Positions 51,919 through 64,000 of a stretch of DNA of 64,000 bases are shown piece after piece. Made by a program: the position numbers and the translations under genes. Every line of letters starts with the position of its first letter. Position 1 is the stretch's first letter. Source of the stretch: Eledone cirrhosa (taxonomy: Eukaryota); assembly GCA_964016885.1 (NCBI GenBank), contig OZ024743.1, positions 266,724,001 to 266,788,000 of the forward strand, written 5' to 3'. The notes below the pieces were generated by a model. It made no database searches, was not told the DNA's origin, and was given only the letters and a program-made list of their open reading frames with translations.

Positions 51919-52342
51919 CAAACGTATTAATAATAATTACATATAAAATACTATGGTTAGTAATTAGAAATATTCCTTTGCCATGGTGAAGCACACTGAG
52001 AGTTAATTTAAAGGTACCTAAATTTCTCAAGCAAGATGTTACGTTGTCTTTACAACTGAAACACTCAACGTCAGAATCGATGGAGGTTTAGAGAAAACAC
52101 ACATATACATCATTTTTAAATACAGTCGCTTAAATAATTGGACTGTTTCCCACGCAAGGGAAGATATGGCAGCTGCCAGAACTAGTCTTTCTTAGCGAAA
52201 CACACACACCACACACACACACAAACACACAAACACACGCACACTCACACGCACACACACACACATACATAAACACATACATACACATACATACACAAAC
52301 ACACACAAATACAAATATGTATATATATACATACATACATAT

Positions 52343-52431
<89 letters not shown>

Positions 52432-52655
52432 TTTGCGTGTGTGCATAAATAGATGTGTGTTAGCATATATTACCTGAAAAGTTCCATTTAGATGCACTCA
52501 CGTATAAATATGTCCTATTTTTCAGGCCCAACCGTATATATAATTACAAAATTACATTTGCAGTTACACACTCATGCACACATACATACATAAAACTATT
52601 ATGTACCTCTCCCTCTCCCCCTTTCTTTCCCCCTGTCTCCATATTTATAATGTAG

Positions 52656-52704
<49 letters not shown>

Positions 52705-52727
52705 TATACATATATATATATGCATAT

Positions 52728-52790
<63 letters not shown>

Positions 52791-52861
52791 TATATACACA
52801 TAAATATATATATATATATAAATATATATATATACTTATATATACATATATATATATATAC

Positions 52862-52909
<48 letters not shown>

Positions 52910-52951
52910 GTTTATGTATATATATGAACATAGATTTATGTAGTTATACAT

Positions 52952-53034
<83 letters not shown>

Positions 53035-53682
53035 CATATATATACATATATACATATATATTTATATTTATATATATATATATATATATACTAAAAAAAA
53101 TATATATATATAAATGTATATACCATGTGATGTTGTTCATAATTTCATCAGCTTACCGTTTCTTTTCAAGAGCAATAGAAAGGATTCTTTGAAGGCAGAG
53201 CGTCAGTGGAATGGCCACGTCAGAATCAATACTACATCCTGTCAGGCTTGGAGAAAAATTGACACCAGGGAACAGGAAACAAGGTAATCTTTCGACTTGA
53301 CCAAAAGTAGGTAAAGAGGAAAATATCCTTGATTGGCTACTGGTGAGTGATTGCCATTGGTTAGTACGTAAGTTCTTAAAAAGAACGGTAAAAGTCTATT
53401 ATAAGGAACACGTGTTTGTATTGTTAAGAATTTTTACTCCTTTCATGTCACTTAAAACAAATCAATAATAATGTATATAAGCTTTTATATATCACTCGTT
53501 CGTGTGCAATATTAACTGAAGTTGTATGGTTGTATATCGGGCTATATGAAAATACGTTTTTGATATGGCAGTGGAAACAACAACCACGCCACCCGAGTTC
53601 CATATCGAACACCGTCATGCTTATATACATGTCTGTTTGTATGTATGTATGTCTATCTATCTATCTATACATCTCTCCCCTC

Positions 53683-53742
<60 letters not shown>

Positions 53743-53841
53743 GTATATATATATGTACGCGCGCACACACATACACACACGCACACACACACACCCACAC
53801 AAACACACACATACACACAGACACACACACACACACACATA

Positions 53842-54285
53842 CAATGATATTAAATAAATGGAAACTATATTTATAAAACCATATTTATTCTATTATAAAT
53901 ATTTAAAGGGTACAAACAATTCTGGTACGCTTTCATCAGATAAAATACAAAGTATGTTTTATAAATTTTGACAGCCAATGAAACATACCTTATCAGTTGA
54001 ATTTTCCTTGGGTAGTATAAGGTATGATAAGGTATGTTTAAGTATAAGGTATGTTTCCTTGGCTATGTCAACATTTATAAATAACACTTTGTATTTTATC
54101 TGATGAAAGCGGACCAACGTTTTTGGTACACTTGAAATGTATATAATAGAATAAATATGGTTTTATAAATATAGTTTCCATTTATTTAATATCATTGAAT
54201 ATTTACTCCAGAAACTTTCGAGTGCTATGAATCAGTTATAAACATTTATATTAGTTGAATTTCCAACAAATTAAATATCTCTTCT
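53842..54285 (+). mobile_element. Hammerhead-bearing element with inverted 5' copy
   Basis: Inverted arms 53842-53993 / 54044-54197; second family member at ~62650-62875. Confidence 0.7.
54092..54153 (+). ncRNA. Type I hammerhead ribozyme
   Basis: TATTTTAT CTGATGA AAGcggACCAAcgtttTTGGTacaCTT GAAA TGTATA TA ATAGAATA. Confidence 0.7.
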
Positions 54286-54288
54286 ACT

Positions 54289-54433
<145 letters not shown>

Positions 54434-55110
54434 ATATATATGAGAAAGTGAGGTATTTTTACAAAATGAAAGAAAAAAAAACGAGGTGTCCTACACAAGT
54501 GAAAGTATCGGGAAAAAAGATGAAATTGAAATGCAACTGGAGTCTTTTTTTTAATAAAAAATATATATTTATTTGATTCCTTTACTGGTTTCGCAGTTCT
54601 TCTGCTTTTCGAAAGTAGAATTGAGATGGAGGGTTTGTGTTTTCTCTCACATATATATATAAAATTAGGTAGTAACCTGTGCTTAATTCGTATTTGACTA
54701 AATAGAATTAGTCGGTTAGTTGCGGTTTTAAGAAACCGTCTGAATGGAAAAATTGATGAATATAAAGTGTATTGTTAACATATTGGTCCGGCAAACCAAA
54801 TATGTGGGTTCGTGTCCCTTGTACAACACTCATCCTTTTTCAACACTCATCCTTTTTCCATTAACAGACTAATTTTATTTAGTCAAAAAAGACGTAAGCA
54901 CATGTTACTACCTACTTTTCAAATTCGGTAACCGTTTGTAAACAAAGCCTGCTTGCGCTCCATCATCCACAAAATAAATCATACACAAAACGCCAGCATC
55001 AACAGTTTTGCAAGAGATATCAATTTTTATGATATGTTATTTTTATCTAAAGACATTTTTTTCAAATTCCAAACCGCCCGTCCCCTCAATCTATCTTATT
55101 TATTATTCTT

Positions 55111-55146
55111 TCTTCTGATGAAGGACTCGCGTCCGAAACGTTAAGA
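55111..55146 (+). ncRNA. Minimal type I hammerhead (Penelope-type)
   Basis: TCTT CTGATGA a GGAC tcgc GTCC GAAACGT T AAGA; ACGT palindrome replaces stem III. Confidence 0.75.
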
Positions 55147-55230
55147 CCCTCTTCCTGCTATATCAAGCGTTAACCTAATATATCCCTTCCATATACTGTA
55201 CCTATCGTGTTGTTATTTATGTTTACCTTT

Positions 55231-55277
<47 letters not shown>

Positions 55278-55673
55278 GATGCATTAACATAGCTAAATAG
55301 AAAGAAAAACATCTTTTCATTAATTATGGAAATTATTTTTATACCTTCCCTACCGATATGTTTATTGATTTATAAATATATAATGTATGTTTATATATGT
55401 TTTCATATACATTATTGGCAGTGGCACTAAGAACATTTAAGCATAATAGAGGTGTATATGGAAAATGTATAAACATGGAACATGCACACACACACAACAA
55501 CAACAATCTGCGTTTTATAGATAATGATAAACATATCGGTATGTGTATGTATATAAAAGGTAAACAGAAATTACAAAAATAACAAAATAAACACACACAC
55601 ACACACAAACATATATATATGTGTGTGTATATATATATTTATTTATAAATGCATATATTTATATATATATATA

Positions 55674-55731
<58 letters not shown>

Positions 55732-56546
55732 TGCATCGTTGACTTTAGAAAGCAATGTGGCATGTACTATGAAAATACTTGAATTTAATTATATAAATAC
55801 TGTCCGAATATTTAAACAAACTTTTCAACAAATCCGTTCAAAGTCGCCAGAATTGATATAAATGTGATTCTTTTCGAACAAATAAATCACAAAATACCTC
55901 AACTCGTATAAAGAAAATTCTCTAAAATTTGCGAAATTTAAGAACAATCTTTTCGGGAAAGAATTTCATTGTTTCTTCTGAACGAAAAAATAGATAATTT
56001 ACATACACTACAACAGAAATATTTATTTTCGATACACAGGGTAGCAACATTTTAAAACTTTTCAAGCAATGAATGTTCGAAATGATTCTCATTAATTATA
56101 CATACCTACCAACCTACCTACATAAAGACACACACATAAACGTAAAGATATATATATATATATATATATTCTATGATTGATAAGAACCAATCAAATACAA
56201 CAACTCTTGCCAATAAAATATGGCAACTCAAAAATGCAGGCACTAAATACGAGATCAGCTGGGAAATACTGTCAACTACTAAAGCCTATCAAACTGGTAT
56301 GTCCCATTGTAGGCCTTGTAATATGGAGCTCTTCCAAATTCTTAATTTTAGTAAAACCCTTCTTAACAGTAGAATTGAGCGAACTATCTTTTGCCGGCAT
56401 AAATGAAACCAACTTAACTCCATTTTCTTCTCCTTATTCCTTTTTATACTTTTAGCACTTATTACGATATCAAATTATCACAAACTTCATAATTACGTAG
56501 GAATAACCTAAACACATTTGTATTAACATCATTAATTTTATTTGAC

Positions 56547-57179
56547 GGCGGTGGATTGGCAGTATCGGTAGAGGGTCGGACGCCATGCTTTGACGTATAG
56601 AGTTACGGCCCTTGCCATTCTGAGGTCAAATCCCGCCGAGGTTAACTTTGCCTTTCATCCTTACGGGGTCGATAAAATAAAGTACCAGTAATACACTGGA
56701 TAATTGCTGGCCTTGTGCCAAAAGTAGAAACAATTATTTTTATTTTTATTTTTATTTGTCATTAATTATTTATTTGTCGGTGGATTGGCAGTATCGGTAG
56801 AGGGTGGGACGCCATGCTTTCCAGCATAGTTACGTCCCTTTACGATCTGAGTTCAAATCCCGCCGAGGTTGACTTTGCCTTTCATCCTTACGGGGTCGAT
56901 AAAATAAAGTACCAGTAATGCACTGGGTAATTGCTGGCCTTGTGCCTAAAGTAGAAACAATTAATTATTTATTTGTCATTTATTATTTTTATTTGTCATT
57001 TATTATCTTATATATATACGGGCGGTGGATTTGCAGTATCGGTAGAGAGTCGGACGCAATGCTTTCCAGCGTAGTTACGTCCCTTTACGGTCTGAGTTCA
57101 AATCCCGCCGAGGCTAAATTAAAGTACCAGTAATGCACTGGGTATTTGCTGGCCTCGTGCCAAAAGTCGAAACAATTAT
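56547..57179 (+). mobile_element. Three tandem octopod-type SINE copies
   Basis: 56547-56737, 56777-56965 and 57021-57179 (last one internally deleted). Confidence 0.9.
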
Positions 57180-57696
57180 CTTATATATGTACATCTTTCA
57201 CCATTTGTCTTTGAATTTCTCCACTTAAACATATTTTATCTCGATCATTTTATCTTATAATATAATACTTCTCAAACTAGCTATTTTACATAGTAATGTA
57301 TATTCGTCCGTATGTTTATTTTCTTTTCTCTCTTCTTATTATCCGTATGTTTAATTCCTATCCCACTCTACTCCCTCATCCCTCTTAATCTTCCTCTATT
57401 TCTTTCTCTTCTTCCTTACTTATACTTCCTCGTTGCCTATGCTATATCCCCCCCCCCCCCACTTCTCTCTTTCTCTACATATATCTTTATTATTATTAAT
57501 ATTATATTTATTTTAATGTGATAGGTTGATTTCGTAACGTTGCCGGTTATACATTTAACTATATCTTCGTTCCTTCTTTCTTTCTCTCTCATTTCCATCT
57601 GTCTCCCTTCCTTTATTTATTTATCATTAACAATATTGATGTAGTAATTTGAATTTTTAAGTTTACCGTTACGAATATATTTTATATTTCTTAATG

Positions 57697-57800
57697 GTTT
57701 CTGATGAAATGATTGTACTTAAATGTATTGTAAATTGAGTTATACTGCCTCCAGTGTTTACAATTTATAGACAATTCTATCATGGAAACAATTGTAAGAC
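57697..57800 (+). ncRNA. Type I hammerhead with ~75 nt stem II
   Basis: GTTT CTGATGA aATGAT...ATTGTAAA...TTTACAAT...ATCATg GAAAC AATTG TA AGAC, then AATAAA. Confidence 0.7.
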
Positions 57801-57846
57801 TCTAAATAAATACGCTTGTTTGTGCTGTCAACCATGTTATTCTTAA

Positions 57847-57881
<35 letters not shown>

Positions 57882-58424
57882 GACTCCAATCTTTCAAGAC
57901 ACTTCTGAATTATATTCGATAAGATTTGGATTGAAGCCAGTCGTATTACATTTTGTCGTGGAAAACTCGCTATATATCATTTAAAATCATTTAAACAGTG
58001 ACGCTGAAATGCAAGGGTATTTGTGTGTGATTGTTCTTCAATTTGGCTACATTACCCAATTTTCGCAACTGATATTTATGGTGATTTTTATCAGTTCCTC
58101 TTTACCTGATCTATTAAACATGATTATTAGTATTACCCAGGATGAGGGCCCAAACCATCGATGTGAAATATGTTTCAGTGTATATTTTTCCATTGTCCTG
58201 TGTCCCACACCATTTGGTCTGTTTACTTGTTTTTTTTCTTTCTTCCTCTCTCCTCGCTACTTTCCCCCGTTCTTTTTCTTTTTTCTTTTCTTTCACTCCT
58301 GGCCTTTTGCGCGATAAAAAGCATTGAGCGCGCCGCTGATTGCTTTTAGATGTCCTGTATTAAGCGCCGAAACATCTTGATCTAGGGTTACAACTGATGA
58401 ATGATTTCTTTTCTTCTCTTGTTT

Positions 58425-58491
<67 letters not shown>

Positions 58492-58540
58492 TATAAATAT
58501 ATATATATATATACATACACATATATATAAATATATATGG

Positions 58541-58578
<38 letters not shown>

Positions 58579-59199
58579 ATGTGTATTTATGTATATATAT
58601 ATATATGTACATAAACATATATATATATATATGTATATATACACATTCACATACACTGACGTACACACACACACATACACACACACACACTCCTTTAAAC
58701 AACAATGACTTTGTCTCCGACTTCGTCTGTAACCTTCATTAATTTGTTTTCATAGAATATTTGAAAGAAAACTAACTTCAACAATATTAACCAAGATTGA
58801 ATTAGAAAAAACAAATCATAATAAAATATTTTGCTACAACAAAATATACAAATTTCCTAACAAAGAGAACATTTTGCTCATTTAGCTTTAAATTTATGTT
58901 TAAATGTTCTTTATTTATTATAAAATATAATTCTTTGAAACGATTTTCTTTGTTTTTTGAGCTGTAATGTATTTCTATTGAGTTGTTTTTTCTTCTGCTT
59001 AATCTGGCACTATTTTGAATGACGTAGAATTTGATATTGTAATTGAGTCAATCATGTCATTTTGAAATTCAACTCAGATGGAATATGAAAGGACTACTTA
59101 ATCTCATATAGTTTCTTTTATTATTTTCATAATGCATTTCGACGTCACGATCCCTCAATATCTATAAGTATACATACACACAGACGTGAACAATACCCA

Positions 59200-60077
<878 letters not shown>

Positions 60078-60162
60078 AAAATGAAACGGTAACAAAATAG
60101 TGAAGCAGTACGAACAAAGGTTTATTAGTTTCACGCTCTTGAGATTGGGGTGGTGGTGGGGA

Positions 60163-60194
60163 ACGACGTTTCGGGCATAAGCCCTTCTTCAGGC
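60163..60194 (-). ncRNA. Minimal type I hammerhead
   Basis: Minus: GC CTGAAGA a GGGC ttat GCCC GAAACGT C GT; stem I very short. Confidence 0.6.
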
Positions 60195-60290
60195 GAGGAG
60201 TGTGTGGGAAGAGACTTCCGAGGGTATATATATATATTTATATATATATATATTATGTATGTATATATGCAATATATATATATATACACG

Positions 60291-60373
<83 letters not shown>

Positions 60374-60418
60374 TATAAAAAAAGAAAAATCAGTGATGCA
60401 TCTGGACTCAGTTTCTGC

Positions 60419-60507
60419 GTGTTACAATTGTTTCGCCAGCAGGTAGCTCGAGGCATGATCACTGTATGCATCTGGCTGATTCTACGGCTGCAGGTTCCTT
60501 CAGACAC
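60419..60507 (-). ncRNA. Type I hammerhead motif, extended stem II
   Basis: Minus: GTGT CTGAAGG aaCCtGCAG...CTGCtGGc GAAAC AATTG TA ACAC; family also at 6134-6290 and ~30250-30312. Confidence 0.5.
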
Positions 60508-62682
60508 ATGCAATTCTTTCGGAGCAAATTTTCTCATAACAAACTTAAGACGACACGATAATTATTTAAGCTAATGTTCAATATATCATACTAGATGTTT
60601 AGTAATGATTAATACGAAATGCACTTAAACCGAATTATATATTATAAATTCACTTAAATAATTATCGTGTCGTCTTGAGTTCGTTATGTGTCTCTTTTTT
60701 TATAAAATGATGCCACAGAGTGTATGATAGATAATGATTAGAATATTTTTGAGCAACAACTCTAGTTCAACACTTTTGATGGTTTATTATAACATTCTGT
60801 GGCTCTTTTGAGCTTGCGTATTTTTCAGATCTAGTTTAATATTTTTTCAGGCAACGCTTGCAATAACTCTAGTTAAACATGATACATATTAATAATACAT
60901 TATCGTTGTAATGTAATTAGATTATATAATTGTTATTTTATAAATGATCTTATAAATATTATTGTAAGATGTATAAAAATATTTTCAGACTTTTAATATA
61001 AAGAACTACAAAAAACAATCAATAATAAATAAATATATTTTACATAATAATTGTTTTTGTTGAATTAATAAAAATTAAATATTACATACAAATAGTCTAA
61101 CATAATAATAAAAAAATAATCTAACATAATAATAATAACATAATCTAACATAAAACGAACAATAATATGGACAAATATACAAGTAAATATGATACAACCA
61201 ATATTATAAGCATGTTATAACGAACTGAAAAAATATTTAATATAAATTTAAAAAAATCATATATAAATTAACAATATATTTTGATGATAAAAGACGAAAT
61301 ATAGGAGAAAATATTTTGATGATAAAAGACGAAATATAGGAGGAAGATTCGAAAGCGAAACGATAAATAAACGTGCAAACAAAATGGCGGATGCTTTTGC
61401 GCAACAATTACTCTCGTTGGTTGAGTAGCCAATAAGATGATGGAATTAGCAAATAAGACGATACATTACAAAACATGTTTGGCAGTGATCACAACGGCCA
61501 GCGACACCCCTTGAATTTTTTATTCACAAACTACGCATACATCTTAGGCACGCAGACTTAAAACATTCTGTTGTTAGTCAATGCGTGTTTCACATATGTA
61601 TGTATATATATATATACATATATATATATATAAATGAAAAACTTATCGAAGGGTTTAAGAAAATATTTTGAAAATTCCTTTGAAAGATATAAAAAAACAA
61701 TATTTTTATATTTTTATATTTTTATATTCTTATATTTTGAGAGTTTTTAATATATATCTCCAAATGTTTATATATATGTGAAAAACATGTTTTTTTTTGT
61801 ACATATGGAGTAACCTATGGTTTATGCTTTAAATATATTCTTTTTTAAATATGTTTAAATGTTCTAACTTTATAGCAAGTAAATTTATGACTTCGTATAA
61901 GGTTCATGTTCTAATTACATTCTAAAGATAGAAAATTTAACTTCTTAACTTTAATCCTTAGAGTCATCTGAGTTCTTAAAAAATCACTTATAACCTCCTT
62001 TACGCTCCTTTACTGTTTTAAAAATATCAATAAGTGGTTATTCTTTTGTAATCTCTCGAAAATTTTCCATAAATTTAGAATTATTTGGATATTTTAAATT
62101 TTTGTCTTACAACTTTTAATAAAATAAACTATAATATATATTTTTTAAAAATTTATAATCCTTAACATACACATTTAAACTAATTATTAAATTATTAAAT
62201 TAAACCTTTAATCAAATTTGTTCAACCTATCATTATAAATATCATAATCAAAGCATAACGAATCCTGCATTATAAATATTATTCCTCCACGCTATCCTCA
62301 TTTCTTCTTCATTTCTTCTTCTTTCCTCTCACGTAAATATACTTACGTTGTATTTGTCCTTTGTAACTAATATTTTCTCTCACTTAAACATATAATTACG
62401 TTCCTCCACACTATTTTCACTGTCAAAAATATATATAATCGTTCCTTCTTTTTTTCTTTCTTTCTTTTTTTCTCTATCCCTCACAATATCACCTTCTTCC
62501 AACAGTTTAATTTAAAGAAACCGTTATCTTTTCAACCTTTCGAACACTCATTCGCATACTCGTTCATAACTTTCTATCACCCCCAATAAATGTAATCTCT
62601 TCACTATCCAGGAAGCTCCAACCGTTAAGGTTGTCTTTTTTCAGGGTCTGTCAATATTTATTTATAAAAAAAATCTGTATTG

Positions 62683-62748
62683 TATTTTATCTGATGAATG
62701 CGCACTATAATTTGCCTTGGTGACCCTCGAAATATGTATAATAAAATA
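62683..62748 (+). ncRNA. Type I hammerhead motif (same family as 54092-54153)
   Basis: TATTTTAT CTGATGA ... GAAA TATGTA TA ATAAAATA; stem II weakened. Confidence 0.55.
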
Positions 62749-63019
62749 AATATGGTTTTATAAATATAATTTCCATTTGTTAATATATTGTATATTTACT
62801 CCACTAATTTGTTGAGTGCTTTATATCAGTTGTAACAATGTTTAAGCTTGTTGAATCCCAACAAATTAAATATAACCTCTGCAGAAATTGTCAAATTTAC
62901 AAATTAAAATTACATCATCAATAATAATATTAATTATAAAGATATTGGCTAATTTCATCGTCTTATTATACACAATATATATATAATATATATATATATA
63001 TAGATATATAATCTGCTCG

Positions 63020-64000
63020 ATCTGGGCCGTATCAGTGATGTTGACCCCTAACACACTATATCAGACATAACGTTTGGCGCCCCTGGTGACTTAGCGGCAA
63101 TAAACGAAATTAAACACAATTCAGCAGTAGGCTCCGACACGTTCCCTGCTTGTGTCCTGAAGGTGTGTCGACACCAACTTGCTAATCTGTGGAGGAACTC
63201 ACTGGACACTGGCTATATTCCTGAAAACTTTCTGTCCCAGTCCGTTGTCCCAGTCTTCAAATAGGGAAATGAATCCCTTGCAGTGAACTACCGTCCGATC
63301 TCACTCACCTCTCATATTATTAGGGTATTTGAGAGGGTGGTGAGATCACGAATAACCCACTTCCTTGAAAGCAACGGCCTGCTGAACTCCAACTAACATG
63401 GGTTCCGTAATGGAAGGGACTGCCTAACGCAGCTCCTGCATCACTTTGATGATGTTTTGAGAGCTTTGGGAGAGGGATCCAACACTGATGTTCTCTACCT
63501 TAATTTCAGCAAGGCCTTCAACAGGGTTGATCATAAGATTCTACTGAAAAAACTATCCAATGTTGGTGTCTCTGGAAGGTTACTACAGTGCATCAAATGT
63601 TTCCCGACAGGCAGAACCCAGCTTGTTGTAGTCGAATGAGTAAAATCAAGCCCTGCCAAAGTCAGCAGTGGCGTCCAACAAGGCACTGTGTTGGGCCCAC
63701 TTCTTTTCATCATCTACATTAATGACATTACTGACATCATCAAACACAGCAACATCAGAATCTTCGCAGAAAATTCCAAGCTCCAAAGGGTCATCAATGA
63801 GGTGGGTGACCGGACTTGCCTTCTGTCAAACATACTGGCTGTTATCCAATGGGCAGAAATGAATAATATGCTGTTGAATGAGGATAAGTTTGAACTAATC
63901 CACTTTGGAAAAAAGGATGCCCTGTTACTACCAAACTCTCTTCCTTCGGGTGAAACTCTAGTGGCATCCAATAACATCAGAGACCTGGGAGTAATTGTGG
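63020..64000 (+). mobile_element. CR1/L2-group LINE reverse transcriptase fragment (runs off the window)
   Basis: VNYRPISLTSHIIRVFERVV, HGFRNGRDCLTQLL, YLNFSKAFNRVDH, GVQQGTVLGPLLFIIYINDI, IFAEN (decayed FADD); in-frame stops. Confidence 0.85.

Larger units (their letters stand above)
56170..57850 (+). mobile_element. Penelope 3' end (GIY-YIG C-terminus + pLTR) interrupted by three SINEs
   Basis: ORF 56173-56406 TTLANKIWQLK...ISWEIL...CRPCNME...LNSRIE...CRHK; hammerhead plus AATAAA before (TA)n. Linking the hammerhead to this ORF is inferred. Confidence 0.7.

Noticed and set aside
61370-61460. AAAATGGCGG plus CCAAT promoter-like motifs
   Set aside because: Short motifs with no supportable downstream gene.

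Overview
AT-rich, microsatellite-dense eukaryotic non-coding DNA. The dominant tRNA-derived SINE resembles the octopod SINE family, so this is probably an octopus-type cephalopod genome (inference). No host protein-coding exon could be supported; almost all long ORFs in the track are (TA)n/(CA)n translations. Identifiable content: a full-length but decayed Helitron (23025-28778; Rep + Pif1 helicase, with an intron), two non-autonomous Helitrons, several Penelope-like elements (RT + GIY-YIG), decayed RTE and CR1-like LINEs, and about 12 SINE copies or fragments. The most striking signal, read by eye, is about 20 type I hammerhead ribozyme motifs (stem I-CUGAnGA-stem II-GAAA-palindromic stem III-UH-stem I) from at least 10 apparently unrelated repeat families. 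They sit mostly in small non-coding elements with direct and/or inverted repeats inserted in (TA)n tracts. This suggests a diverse retrozyme-like, Penelope-mobilised ribozyme system, including variants with very long stem II and one family with a tRNA-like head. Coordinates were counted by hand and may be off by a few bases.
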